A stretch of DNA of 62,610 nucleotides, filler included, from Sphacelaria rigidula (taxonomy: Eukaryota), in the NCBI GenBank assembly GCA_964200075.2. It is 9 parts of 9 records of this genome, joined end to end, with 100 filler letters (N's around TTAATTAATTAA, not from the genome) between each part and the next. Parts side by side here need not be neighbours in the genome. Positions count along the whole stretch, not along the records: positions 20,906 to 27,773 come from CAXNAA020017673.1; positions 27,874 to 34,741 come from CAXNAA020017674.1; positions 34,842 to 41,709 come from CAXNAA020017675.1; 6 more parts are not named here. One strand, 5' to 3'. A model generated the notes under the pieces. The model made no database searches. It saw only the letters and a list, made by a program, of their open reading frames with translations, and was not told the origin of the DNA. Both the position numbers and the translations under genes were made by a program. Below, one piece after another: positions 27,370 through 40,971 of this stretch (its first letter is position 1; each line of letters starts with the position of its first letter).

Positions 27370-27619
27370 ACCATCACGCCAGATAACACCCATTCACAGA
27401 ATCATGTAAACTCCATCCATCTCATTCTCGGCTACAGCATCGAGTACGAGTTGAGCACAGGAATAGATACCCTGCAGTACTTGGGTATGCTTTGTTTACT
27501 TTTTGTCGGCGAGAACTTGCGCATTATTCTTTCATGGTAGGATCAGCGACGGAACTGCGTGGTACGGTGGGCAACCGAGTTGCGTACACGCTCATGGACG
27601 GTGCAGGCAGTACAAAGCT
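27370..27619 (+). CDS. Possible pair of small exons (27370-27484, 27541-27619)
   Basis: Phase-compatible GT-AG 56-nt intron; TITPDNTHSQNHVNSIHLILGYSIEYELSTGIDTLQYLG-SATELRGTVGNRVAYTLMDGAGSTK; no family recognised. Confidence 0.25.
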
Positions 27620-27883
27620 GTACGTTGTTGAAGTCATTTTCACGTCGAATTGTAGGCGGGACACTTTCAACGAAAGCCCCCCCCAGAAAAGTGCATGGTT
27701 TTGGGAGGCAAAATTTTAACGTAAATCGAAATGAGAAAAGCTGAGAACAACGAGAAGCTGGGAATTCACACGCNNNNNNNNNNNNNNNNNNNNNNNNNNN
27801 NNNNNNNNNNNNNNNNNTTAATTAATTAANNNNNNNNNNNNNNNNNNNNNNNNNNNNNNNNNNNNNNNNNNNNGTCACTAAAC

Positions 27884-28159
27884 GGCCAATTATACGGCCA
27901 ATACTTGGAGTTGGACCCTGAAATTTGGTATGGACAATGAGTAGGGCATAATAAAAAAAAAATACTGGCGTACACAAGTGATGTTTTTTTTCATGAGTGA
28001 AGGGCAATGATCAGTTTTCAGATATCGGTAAAATGCTCTTAACTCATGAAAAACAAACAAATCCCTTGTGTACGCCAGTTTTTATTTTATTTTATGCCCT
28101 ACTCATTGTCCATACCGAATTTCAGGGTCTAACTTCAAGTATTGGCCGTATAATGGGCC
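27884..28159. repeat. Long inverted repeat (family B, copy 1)
   Basis: Arms of ~110 bp pair; related copy 35288-35543 with the same downstream flank GCAAACT...GGCTGGCCCAGCTCGTA. Confidence 0.75.
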
Positions 28160-29390
28160 TGCAAACTGCAGAATCGCTTCTCGGCTGGCCCAGCTCGTAC
28201 TTAGGGTATTTTCTGCTTCCTTTTGGTACCGTCTGCTTCTTCGGTACCTCGTGGTTCTGCAGTTTCCCATTTTTTCGGCCGTAGCGTAGGTCGACGGCTG
28301 GTTCGTCAAATGAGGAAAATGGAAAAAAAAAAGAGCTGTGACTAACATACGGCGAGACGCTTGATGCGGAACTGCGGAACTGCGGAACGCCAAACCCCAA
28401 TTGCATGAAGAGCGTTCTGGACACGATGCAGTGCATGGTCACTACACCTCAAAGTGATAAAGCGGATAGACGCCAAGGTGTGTCGTTTCATTGCACTGCG
28501 TCCGAAAACAAAAATACCAAACGGTAGCCCGCGACCACAGAACACAAAATACATCATGGCTTGCTATCCAACTGCATGCGTGTTTGTCGGCCCGGACGTA
28601 GATAACTTTCCACCCTGATCCCCGGCTGGTGCACCCACATACCCCGAAAAGGTGTAGACAGGCGTCCAGAATAGATGAGACGACAACACAACACACACGC
28701 ACAATCCCCACGGGCTGCCAGCCGTGACCTTCTTGTTCCCATCCTCCGCTCCTGATGGAAGAGTCTCTGCTGCTGCATGCCACTCGTACTGATGAACAAT
28801 TTTCGAATCGCTCACCGTTTCGAGAGGGGTTTCAAGGCCATCCAAGTTTCTTAGCTCCTCAATGTGAGGGGTACCTTTCCCTACAATTGTCCATATATCT
28901 GAAGGGGAAAAGAGCCAAATGCCGCATTCTTTCTTGCCTCCGCCAGCGCTCCCGCAAAGCCCCCTCACCAGCCGGGGGGAGGGGGAGGAGGGTGCATTGG
29001 GGCTCGCGGCGTCGCCCGTGAACTGGAAAAATATCTAGGTACTGGCCGCTGTCGCGGCCAGTTGAAACTTTACTGGCTTGAGCTGCCAGTTCACGGCCCT
29101 GTTGAAATAACTTTCACATGACGTATTTTGCTTGTGTTCCGATATATGCACCCAGTATCATGCCATACTTTACCGCCCAACTCTTGTAAAGTGGCGTGAG
29201 AAACGACTGCCGATTGCTCTCCTGCGGATTGTTCTCTGTTTTGAAGATCGGGCTGTACAATCACTTCAATTCCGCACTCCATCTGAAAGGCTTTGATGCG
29301 AATACCTGCATGCCAAACAAGTATTCTCGGCACGAACTAGTAATGAATGTTCACGATACCCGGCCACCTTCACAAGCATTCGAAACGTAC

Positions 29391-29632
29391 CTGAAAACTC
29401 CATAGTGCATCCACGCAGAGATTGGCAGCAATACGAAGAACGTCACAAGGACATACACCGTAGCAGAGAGGGGATAGTTCCCCCAGTCTAGTATGGGGTA
29501 GATCAGACGTTCGCCTGGCGGGCCTAAGTAGTACCAGGCGATGTTGAAGCACAGATAGACGCCACAGAATGTAAACGTCGCAAAGATGTCCTTTACACGG
29601 AAGGGCGTGGCCACCAGCATGTTGTCGATTAC
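29391..29632 (-). CDS. Exon of a rolling-stone / FAR-17a-AIG1-like multipass membrane protein
   Basis: TTGCAG acceptor, GTACGT donor; VIDNMLVATPFRVKD...YLCFNIAWYYLG...LIYPILDWGNYP...MHYGVFR with the IYxxLDW motif. Confidence 0.85.
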
Positions 29633-30299
29633 CTGCAAGATTGATGGAGAGGTGTTTTTTTTGTGATCAGGTAGGTGTTGCAAAAACCGCACCGGTGAAA
29701 CAGCACCGTAACCGCTTTAGGGTGTGATGCATACAACACCATATCAAGTGACATCGACGCTTAGAGAATGCCCTCCGCACAGGAAACGTGCCCGCCGTCG
29801 CCTGTGAAACCACCGGGCGAGCGAGGAAGGGGGGCAGCATTATTTCCGACGCGTGGTCCCGACGGAAGGGCGGGATGCCTGAGCAAACGCATGCTATCCG
29901 CACACGTTCGAGATGCGACGAAATCGAAAGAGCGCACACGGTGGCGTGTCAACGGGCACTACTCTTACTCTGGAGGACCTCCAACTCCAAAATCGATCGT
30001 TGCTTCCGACCCATGATCACAGTCTGCTCTTCGGACGTCACATGCCACTCAGTCAACATATGATTATAACCACCATTGCTTGTTTTGTTCCACCAAGGAA
30101 CGTCCAACCGTGCGGCGCTTCACCGAATACCGACGACCAACTTTAGCGCGTACCGGGGAGAGATGGGTCGATCCCCTGAGACCACGGACTCGTCCCGAGA
30201 AAGGGGAGGGGTTCAAAGTGCGACAAAAACAAAAAAACTTCACAACCGAAGTGGAGCGACAAAACAAAAAACCCCTGGAAGCTGAAAACACGCACTCAC

Positions 30300-30362
30300 C
30301 ATCATAATAGCCACGAACAAGTGAGCATTGATGTCGGTAGAGGACCACGGGCCACCGTGATA
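30300..30362 (-). CDS. Middle exon of the rolling-stone-like gene
   Basis: CTTCAG acceptor, GTGAGT donor; YHGGPWSSTDINAHLFVAIMM, phase 0 on both sides, carries the conserved His. Confidence 0.8.
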
Positions 30363-33300
30363 CTGAAGCACACCACACAACAAAACAAGTGGCGATGGGA
30401 ACATCATGGAATATTATGGTGAGCGTAATAGTATCAGCACCCAGTTCGTTGACGCTCGGCTCTACAACACGCGGTAGACTCGAGGAAATAAAGAAGAGAG
30501 AGCCCCGACGCCGTTAGGCGAGTTCCCAATGCTGCATCTTGTATAAGTGCTGGTAACTGGACAACCAGGACAAAGTCTACGCCGTCACGTAGCTGCAGTG
30601 TCTGCCGCCACCAGCATTGAACCCTGTGATCCGCAGAGTTCGTACGTCAGACAGTTCATGAGTTCACGCAGTTATGTGGTGTACTTCATCCAGTGGAGAC
30701 AGATACCAATGGGTTGTTATACCGTGTAACTCAGTCAGTGGGAAAATGTATCGCTGAGTTGTACCGTATAACTCACACAGCGGAAGTAGGCACGGCTGAG
30801 TTGTACCGTGTAACTCTGCCGAGTTGAGGTGAGGTGAGCTGTTCGACGTGTGAAGGTTTCTTCACCAGCGACTGTCAAGCGAGGGCTATCGGCACTTTCG
30901 TACTCGTCAACTTCGGCAAGCGTCTTATCGATTCATGCTGGTATGGGGCCGGTATACCGGAAGCTAATGTGTCCTTCATTCACAACAGCACAAGCGAGAG
31001 TTCCGTGAGAGAAGTGAAGAACTACTCTAACGACTTCGAACTTCAACACTTAGGGCGCCGTTAATGCTCGACTCTTCAAAAACGCACATGCCTTTGGTGA
31101 AACCGTACATGGATAAAATACAACACCAAAGATGAGGGTCTGACTTACATTGCACAGCACGGTACGCCGTGAGAAAAGTACACGATGATTCCAAGGAGAA
31201 TCGCGAGATATCTTCACCGCTACCTCTCTTGGCATACACAACGAGCAGATAGATATACGGGCGGTTTTATGCCCATCACCCCGACTACATACAGCCGCAA
31301 CATTTTTCGCTGTTTTTTGGGTTTAGACTCAAAATTTGCACACATATACTATGGGGGAATGCGGAACTCTTCATGGATGTCTTCCGAGTGTTTTTTTCAC
31401 GAGTTATCCGGGGTCCAAGGGTCCTGGGGGGATCACATGCCCTTCCGGGACCCCCGACAATCCGTGAGGACAAAAGCATCGATCGAAAGTGTCGTGGGCG
31501 CGCGTAGTGCATGAGTGTAAATGTTCGGATAAATCGGCGTGAAGTTCTGCGCCAATATGCGATTGAGTAAGCCTGAACGGTACAGACTCCTAACTACTCG
31601 ATTCGAATAGTAAGAACATACATTGGAGTATCTTGAACGTGAAAACGAGTCAGCAGCACTAGCGTTTCGGGTTACACAACGACAGGTTGTACAAATGTTT
31701 CTTGGGTCATCCCAGGACGCGTCAACTTTCCATTTTCTGTCTTGATGCAGTCTGTGCCGGCTCCCGCTGTCTTCACGCCGGAACCACCGGAAGCCGGCAC
31801 AGAGCGGAGAAGCTTCAACATAGTTCCAACAAAACATTTTTCTGTTTTGAGCACCAATACGTATCGATCTGCCAAGTTTGAGGGCGGTCAGCGTCATCCT
31901 ACGACACATACAAGGGAAACCTCCAGGAGTCTTTCTGGGTCATTCTTTGGTGCGTATCATCAGTGGATACTTGACGCTGCCAAACCCCACATCACCGAAT
32001 ACCACGGTGTGGGGATAAAACTCGATCCCTTATTAACTGTTTAAAAAATATATAGGTACGTTAGGTTCCTGAGCTGATGGGTACTACGACGTGAAGCATA
32101 TGGAGATCGAGGAAAAATGATGTTGGGAATTGTACTCTCATGTTCAGAACAATTCGAGGGGGCTGATTGGTCGGGGCACCTTTTCGCCCTTATCGTCACC
32201 GCTATGATCTCAAACAGAAACTTGACCATGTCACCCTTTTCAGTAGTCCGCGGCGGTCAGGATGACACCGCGTATGCGCTTATTGGGTATATATTGCGAA
32301 AGGTCTTCGCCGATGGGTGAATATTGGGTCAAAACGGTGAACCACCTCGTAGCATATTTACGTGCCGACTCCACGCCGAGGTCAAGGCGAAAATCCCGCC
32401 GTGGCCTTAATAATAGCATGTTCTCATTTCCCTAAATAGTACTCATACAGTGATGATCCTACTTTGAATATGGGTCTGGGGCTCACTCGTTTCGATCGCA
32501 TTTTGGTGGCAAATCGTTGGTGTGGAGAACGACGTAGATGCTAGGAATCAAGGACACATTGAACAAAAGCGTGTAGTCCGTGCGGCTCACGTCCGACATC
32601 GATCACAGTACAACAGCAATACAGTGTAATGCTGCATCACAGCGCAGGGTAGCGCCGCACCGCCATATTCACTACAGCACAGCCTTACTATGTATATGCC
32701 CATCTGCATCGATCCCGGTCACCGACAGACGTGACGCCCAGCACAACACATCCGGGCAGCAGCGACGTGTCTCGAGAGGTGATGGTGAGTCAAGCCAACT
32801 AGAGGCCCACAGTACAGTACAGTACGTATCCATCCGCGGCAAGGTGTGCCAGCCAAATCCACACTTAGAATTGGGTGTACGGTAGTTGCCGGTGGCTTGT
32901 GCCTCCGACAGCGCTGCTACCACTCGTGGCTGCAAAGGGTTGGTTTGCCCTGTTTCCTCTGTCCTTCATCTTGTCCATTCCTCGAATTTTCTTTCACGAG
33001 TATTACCGTTTTATTTTGGGTATGCGTACTGCTGCATGCCACGAGCTTGGGTCTGATCGCGAGTTCCTACTCGATGCCACCCCTCAAAAGCACAGGGTGG
33101 GTAGAGAAACGCTGCGAATCCGTACAGTGCCATGGGACAGAACTACTGTCGTACAGCCGCTCCAACGTTCCCCGATTTTCACAGCTTGTGGCTCGCCACC
33201 GCAACTGCTTGCACTTAAATCAGGAACTGAGTGGCGATTCAGCCATCCATTCTGAACGTACGCTTACGTGTCTTCCTACCCAGCACTGAGTGATTCTTCT

Positions 33301-34299
33301 CAGGTCCTCTCATACATTCGTCATCTCAAACAAATAACGACCCACATGTTACTTGAAATAAATAAGTCACTTATCAGGAGAGTCTTCCTCTCGCACGAAA
33401 CGTATAGATATGAGCTATTTCCATTTGCAGGCTGGATTCTGGCTCGTCTGCCACCGTCGGTGTACTTAGTGTAGTATCCTGCCGTCTGCAAAAGCTACCA
33501 TTGGTGAAAATACACAACATCAAGGCCCGTTAGCTGCATCATGCCGAAAGGCAATGACTGTACGGTGCTCTACACAGATGATGCTTCTCGAACATGGCAT
33601 GAACACTTGTTCTATCCGTTTAGAGTGAGTGAGTATCCTATTTGCCAAGGTAGGGCGTAACGTGTAGTACGTTCATTTGCGTGATCTGCAATATTTTCAG
33701 CACACCTCTGCATCCCACCACAACTTGGAGATGATAAGAGTTTCAGCAGTAGGACGAGACATAACAGTCCTACTTGACACCTACTGCTGCAGTGTTGCTG
33801 CTGGAAACGGCTGATGTGTCTCCAACAGCATTCCCACACCATAGCGTACTGTAGAGCATGCACTATGGACACCCGTGTGTCGGCATCAGGAAACATGGTC
33901 GGAGACGGACTTGGACGTAGACGGTCTGTGTGAGCAACCAATAGCCATGGTTGAGGGGGAGCTTTTGTTCGCGTGACTGGTGCGACACTGTGGCCTTCAA
34001 TGATGAAGAGCGCGTACAACGGGTGCATCACTGCCTAGCAACACGAAAGTAACGGTATCTGCGGCCGCATGAACATGGCCAAAATATAGTGCACGGCACA
34101 CAGCTTACTCGCCCCCCTCATCCAATCGAAGAGAAATCCATCGTCATACCGTGCACACGGGGACAAAAAACGGACGACAGAAAAATAAGCTACAAGCCCT
34201 CGTGACGCGATCTACGATGACACATCACATCACATCACATAACATCACACCACGTATGACTCACCAGGCTAACCCAGTATATCACCACGTATGACTCAC

Positions 34300-34526
34300 C
34301 AGGCTAACCCAGTATATCACCACAATGACGGAAGACACCTCGCAGGCAACGTTCCACGCAAACCACTGCAGCGTGATCAACCGCCGTTCGCACGCGCACA
34401 CCAGCGAGGGCAGGGTCGGCGTGATGGTCATATCATTGCTCATTGTGTAACCCACCCAAGCTAACCTCATGGCCAACATCCACCCGCCCAATCGCAGGAA
34501 CGCCGTGACGAAAGACACCACGAAAT
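34300..34526 (-). CDS. Upstream exon of the rolling-stone-like gene
   Basis: FVVSFVTAFL...LQWFAWNVACEVSSVIVVIYWVSL then GTGAGT donor; joins in frame to 30300-30362. Confidence 0.8.
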
Positions 34527-35287
34527 CTTTGCAATTCCGGGCAGGGGGCGGCGGGGAGAGGGGCGGGAGAGGGAGGGGGCGGTACGAATGATCTTGCATG
34601 CCATAGTCATATGATCGTCGGCCTCGCATTCCTTGAAAGCCGGAACGGAGCACGCCGGGGTTTCGCCGGACCGGGCTCGCAGTCAATCACCAAGCTCGCG
34701 CGCGGGGGGGAGGGGGGGCGTACTCATTTGTTGCTTGCCTTNNNNNNNNNNNNNNNNNNNNNNNNNNNNNNNNNNNNNNNNNNNNTTAATTAATTAANNN
34801 NNNNNNNNNNNNNNNNNNNNNNNNNNNNNNNNNNNNNNNNNACTTATTTTTAATTATTTCACTAACACAGGGTCAACCCTGTGTTAGTGGGGGGTCGCTC
34901 CCAAAAGGGTTAAACCTCATGTCTAGTAATTCCTATACGTAAGGGAGATAGCGCCGACACTAAAATCTCTATGAAACTCCCGGTCGATGCATTTAGCGGA
35001 TGGCGACGAATTTTTGTGTGGAGAACCACAAAAGAATGCCGAATTGAAAAAAAGGGCCTTCATTTTTTTTCATAGAGGTTAGGGCGTTCTCGTGAAAAAT
35101 GGTCTTTACCACAGTAGAACGCCCTAAACCAGTGAAAAAAATGAAAAAAATCAACCTGACCCACTTTTGTTTTATAATTATGCCTTAGAGAGCGCCCACA
35201 CAAAATTTCAATACACGAAAATGAAACGTGGGCCGGTGAGTGGCCTGCGAAATACTGTTACGAAATTCTACCGACCCGGTTTTTGAT

Positions 35288-35543
35288 AGGCCTATGCTCT
35301 TTCATATATTGAGAGTTGGACCCTGACATGACAATTCATAGGGCATAAAATAAAAATTACCTCGGTACAACTTTTTTTTCATGAGTTAAGGGCAATAATC
35401 AGCTTTCTGGTAGGAGTGATATACCATTAACTCATGAAAAAGAAAAGCTTTTGGTACCGAGGGAATTTGTGTTTTAATGCCCTATGCATTGTCCATACCA
35501 AAGTTCAGGGTCCAACTCTAAATATATGAAAGAGCATGGGCCT
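35288..35543. repeat. Long inverted repeat (family B, copy 2)
   Basis: AGGCCTATGCTCTTTCATATATT...AATATATGAAAGAGCATGGGCCT. Confidence 0.75.
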
Positions 35544-35949
35544 GCAAACTTCAAATCTGCCTCTAGGCTGGCCCAGCTCGTATAAGGAGCGTGTGCAACT
35601 ATTCACCTGTAGATAACAACTGAATGAAACACCCGGACGAGTGACTCGTCGCCAGTAGACGACTACTGAGTGAAACACCTGGGCATATAGGCGTACGTAG
35701 TTTTACCAACTGTCGCCAAAAAACTGCGCAACTAGACTGAAAAGTCGAACAATCATTCGTACAGCGTGGAAGTCTTAGTCGTCCGACATAGATTTATGTT
35801 GAGTCAGTGCGGGTCTTGGCACATATCAGGGTCTCAGCAGATATGGAGTGGTCGTGGCACGGCGGGGGGGGCGTACTCAAGGGGGGGGGGGGCGTACTCG
35901 TATGTTGCACAGGGGCGCGTTAAAATAGCCAAAACCAAGTCGTTTATTT

Positions 35950-36172
35950 CGATTATCACACAGATATCGGAATTATCGCACAGATGTCGATTATTTCGCA
36001 CAGGTGTTGGATTTCTCGCACATGTTTCGAATTTCTCGCTCAGGTACCGGATTTTTCACACATGTATCGGATTTCTGGCACAGGTGTCGGATTTCTGGCA
36101 CAGGTATCGGATTTGTCGCACAGGTGTCGGATCTATCGCACAGGTATCGGATTTATCGCACAGGGGTGCGAT
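35950..36172 (+). repeat. ~21-bp tandem array (CGCACAGGT[G/A]TCGGATTT[C/A]T)
   Basis: About ten degenerate units ending ATCGCACAGGGGTGCGA. Confidence 0.85.
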
Positions 36173-36735
36173 GAAACCGGGGAACCCCCAACTTCGTGTG
36201 TGAGTTCGAGTATCGCAAGTGGTTCCGGGGCACTTACATGTCGGAGCAACGGCCGCAGTGCTGGTATGTCGCGGATTTCCATCGTTTTCTACGATTGGGT
36301 AGGAGTGCGGTTTCTGAGCGAGACCTTCTCTGCTGAAGCCATGTGGCGGAGGCTGGTCATTTTTACCTTTCCATTTATTTTCTTAGTCTACTTGCTCTGT
36401 TCTATTCTCTCTGTTTTTCTTCATTTTTCTTTCTTCAGCAAATGCTTCAGTCTTGTTTTTGTCTCTGGTACGTCCATCATATGGATAATGACCAATAACG
36501 GCTGGATTCCTGGGGGATCAGTTCGAGTGCGACAGTCAATCAATCGATCAAAATCAAATAATCGTGGCTGCACTGCTGTCTTTGTGGCACCGTGGTGAAT
36601 CATGCATAAAAATGGGTATATACAGTCACCCTGTATCGCCGCTGTCGTTTTATTCAATATCACAGAGATCGGTGCCATGGCACAATGAGGTGTGCGTTAA
36701 ATGGGCGAATCAAATGATTCAATTTGATTCGAGCA

Positions 36736-37570
36736 CAGGTATCGCGTTCATCGCACATATCGGAGGCATTGCACATGTCGGAATCACCGCACTGTCGAGT
36801 TACCGCACATGTCGGAGTTACCGCACATGTCGGAGTTACCGCACATGTCGGAGTCATCGCACATATCGGAGTCATAACATATCTGGATTCATCGTATATG
36901 AAGGAGTGATCGCACATGTCGAGTTCATCGCATATATCGGACTCATCGCGCATACCGGATTCATCGCACAGGGGTGCGAAAAAAGTCAAGAACGAAGTGA
37001 CTCGAAGAAACGACGTCGAGCCATGTAGCTCATCCACCCGCCCACTGCCAATGTCCGTCTACATAACACGATAAAAAATACGCCGCGGCAAGACTATGAT
37101 ATACGCCTTCCGCAGGATGAGCTACAGATCAAACTATTTCCGCGGCATGCTGCAGGCATATATGCAGGCGACGTCGCTACGTTACTTCAGGTATCGCGTT
37201 CATCGCACGTATCGGAGGCATTGCACATGTCGGAGTCATCGCACAAATCGGAGTCACCGCGCATGTCGGAGTTACCGCACATGTAGTAACCATCGCACAT
37301 ATCGGAGTCATAACATAGCTGGATTCATCACACATACCGGATTCATCGCACAGGGGTGCGAAAAAAGTCAAGAACGAAATGACTCGAAGAAACAACCTCG
37401 AGCCACGTAGCTTATCCTCCCACCCACTGTCAAAGCCCGCCTACACAACACAATAAAAAACATGCCGCGGCAAGACTATGCTAAACGCCTTCAGTAGGGT
37501 GAGCTACAGATCAGACTATTTCTGCAGCATACTGCAGGCATATATGCAGGCGACGTCTCTACGTTACTTC
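36736..37570 (+). repeat. Two tandem ~400-450-bp units, each with a ~19-bp array (CGCACATGTCGGAGT[T/C]AC)
   Basis: Units 36736-37188 and 37189-37570 share the array, the GGGGTGCGAAAAAAGTCAAGAACGAA junction and the downstream sequence. Confidence 0.85.
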
Positions 37571-39220
37571 AATTGACTCCAAGATGATCGAAACCCAGCA
37601 ACACGGCGGGGATGGATATTCCTCGATTGAAACATAACGGCAATTAATATCAACTGACGCACGAGGATAGTTCACTGCCCTGGTGGCACGTTGATTTGTA
37701 CCCGCGACGCCAACTGCTGTACGGTAAACCACGATAGATCCGGGGGACAAAAGCATTGAGAGCATAGGGGTGTTATTCAACATCACCTGCGGTACAGTGC
37801 AGTACACTCTGTGAGCACACGTGGAACGATCATGCACTACGATTTATATCATACCTCTCATGTATCAACGGAAGTTGCACATAAGCACGACTTGTTGAGT
37901 GCAATACAGAGCACGGCTGCTGCTGCCGAATTCATCAGCAGCAGAACACACTGTTGGAATATGCGTTCGCCAACAAGGATCTCAGCGTAGGGTCTCTGCC
38001 GATACTTCATTTATCTGAAATCATGGTGAGCTTCCCAGCTTCAGGATCAGCGCCGCTCTTATCATGTACTGCACGTGTACATGTTGTTCGGTGCTAGCAC
38101 CATATATGTTAGGGTACGGTACAGTACAGTGTAGATTTACAGTACCGCGCAGAATAGCGTAGAGTAAATCATCGCAGTGGATTCTACCACAGAAAAGTCG
38201 AGTACCGTACATAGCTCATCTTGATTGTGTCCCTCGGGATCTGACGTACAGAAGCACCGCGGAGGGTGCTTCGTTGCTGGCTTACACCCACCAGTTGGAT
38301 GTAGATTTGTAGAACAGGGCCTCTTCAATGCACAACTGCTGGAATATTGACACCCCCTTTACCCGCAGTACCTTCAGCGCCTTCATCAGTCCACCGTCGA
38401 TCACGAAGAGAAGAGATCGTGGAAGAGCGAATCTCAAGTGGAGCATCACTGCATTGCGCCCGTGATTCTTCTTATTCTTGGACACCTTTGATCAACCACC
38501 CAGACCCGCACTCGGAGCTCAACTTTGAGCTGAACTCTTTTGAGCGCTCAGGAAGGGACAATTACGCCTATGGGATCATTTGTAGAGTAGATATACTGCA
38601 ATGCCGATTCAACTGATGGTCACCCTAGACGTTTGAGGGCATGACCCCTTGAGCGCCCGATCTCTTTTCGGAATAATAAATTGAGCTTATTTAGGGCTTA
38701 TCCGGACCCAGTGGTTGAGCACCTCCTCTCTCTTTGCATCGCTCCTCGATGAGAACATGTTGTGCGTTCCGTTGTCCTAGATGCCGAGCGTTTTGTTTGT
38801 ATTTTTTTTCGTGCTTTTAGCCCTCCACCTTCCTCAGGAGCCTGTTGTCGCCGCGATCAACTCAAACATCCCCCGATACTTGCCGTGCAATCTGTTGTCC
38901 AGCATCGGATCACCATTCGCGCAGCCCGTCGATCTCCATGGAATTACTTTTCCGACTTTCGTTCTAACGTTTTCGGAAGACAAAAATCAGGGGGGCGGAA
39001 GCCTCTAGCGCTGCTGTTGGGATTAAAATCCATAAAATCCGCTGCCCTATCGCTCATGTATCAGTCTGACGGCTGGGGCGCGTTGCGTCTGTTGTGAACC
39101 CTTGGTCGGCGTTGGGATCTTCACTGCTGAGGCGTTCAGACTCGAGAAAATTCGAAACACGAGGACTTGCGGGGTAAACATGAAATTCAAAATGTCTTAA
39201 ATTTGCGTTTGAAGGATTAA

Positions 39221-39397
39221 GGCCAACTCTTATGGGAGCGTTTGAAATTTTATTTTGCAACAGTTTCAGAGGAGTTTTTTTTTTTTTGTCATCATGGTGA
39301 ACGGGCACAAAATACACAACTACGGCAGAGAAGGAAAAAAAAAGTCGTTTATAATCATTGCAAAATAAACTTCTAAACGCTCCCATAAGACTTGGCC
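39221..39397. mobile_element. PIF/Harbinger (Tourist-like) MITE
   Basis: TAA|GGCCAACTCTTATGGGAGCGTTT...AAACGCTCCCATAAGACTTGGCC|TAA: TIRs plus TAA target duplication. Confidence 0.85.
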
Positions 39398-40055
39398 TAA
39401 TTAAGGGTCTCACACTCTGACCGCCAGCATGGGCCGTCCGTTGAATGAGTGCAACTTCCAGGCATTTTCTCGGATCCGATTTTTTTGAAAATGACTATCC
39501 GGTATGGTTTCTCGATCATCGCGGTATTATCGCGGTACACGATGTTTGGTACCTGTACAGTGCGGGACGTACGATGCGATATTGTTTATCGTCAATCTCA
39601 CGGCACGTCGGCGACTCATTTCCCGGAACTACGGTATGGACGGTACGGGGCTAGACTAATGCGGCACCTACGCGAAAAGAATACAATATCACAGAAACTA
39701 TGGAATCTCAGGTCACCGGACGGTGTCACGGAACATCACGGTGGTTGACATGCTCCACGGTACATGTGTCCTGGAGGATGCGTTCACGTTTGCAATCGAC
39801 GAATGCACTACGACCAGGACAGGCATTGTAAAGACACAGCACAGAGCTCTGTACGAAGAATGAATCCAACACCAGTTTCGTTCGGATCCTAAGATGAAAG
39901 CGTGAATTACAGATTACGGAATTTCAACTATTAATGTGCGACAATTGAATGAGTCAACACGATTAAATAGATTAAACACGCCCCCGAAGTTCAAGGCAGT
40001 AAATAGCGCAAGTATGTCAATCCGCCGGCGATTGCAACAAAACAAGGAGATATAT

Positions 40056-40971
40056 GAATAGTTTCCCGCTGAATCAGGGGATTTTTATGCATTTTTTGTA
40101 GCGGGCAATTTTCAGTTGTTTTTTCGCATGCCACCACTCATTCCAGGGAACGCTTGATCCCAAACTTTGGGAATCGGGAGATACTAGACATCCGCTCCAC
40201 ATTCCGGAACAAAATCGTGTCCGCCATCAATACGGAGCGACTTACGGGTTGACCGGGCCTGGGGGGTCCTGCGACTACCCAGCCCTACGCTCTGATCCTT
40301 GAAAAATTTGCTCGATTGAAGCGATCCCGATCGTTCTCATGAGCAAATGTGAAGTGTTGTTTTCAATTTCAACCTATCCATTGCTCCAAATAGATCCGGA
40401 GAACTGTGCTGTTTGGACCAGTGGCGGTCGATAACACCTCCCCCTGATAAACGGGGTCCTTACTCAGCATCACTCTGACAATAACTTGAAGATTGTGTCC
40501 TAAGCACCACCTCCTTCTTATCCCAATATCTGTCGAAGCTAGGACTTTCGAGTGCTAGCGAAGAAATCTACACGAGAAAATTCCGAAATATACCCAGCTA
40601 CGAAAATTGCCTGACCGAGCTCTGTATAGCACAGTGAATCAATCCTAATCCCTCTCGTGAGTAGTTTTACAGACCCTTTTTTTTTGTTTCTGTTTTCACC
40701 TATTCATTGCGCTGGAGCCGACAATAAATGTGTTTTGGGCTAGAAACGGTCAATTATACCTCCTGCCAGTTCAGCCCGTAAAAAACGATCAACATGGAGC
40801 GGAGAGATGTTGTTTGTTTCGGAATGTGGGGCGGATGCCTAGTATCTCCCGATCCCCCAACTTCGGGATCAAACGTCCACTGGCATAAGTGGTAGCGCGC
40901 GCAAAAAAATGTTGAAAATCGCCAACCACAAGGAAATTACAAAAATCCCCTGATTTAGCTGGAAACTACTG
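40056..40971. mobile_element. Non-autonomous DNA transposon with ~155-bp TIRs (Tc1/mariner-pogo-like end)
   Basis: 40058-40210 pairs with 40816-40970; right end ...AACTACTG|TA; no transposase ORF inside. Confidence 0.7.

Noticed and set aside
32900-34030. Possible decayed hAT transposase on the minus strand
   Set aside because: Only vague motif hints with many stops; cannot be supported.
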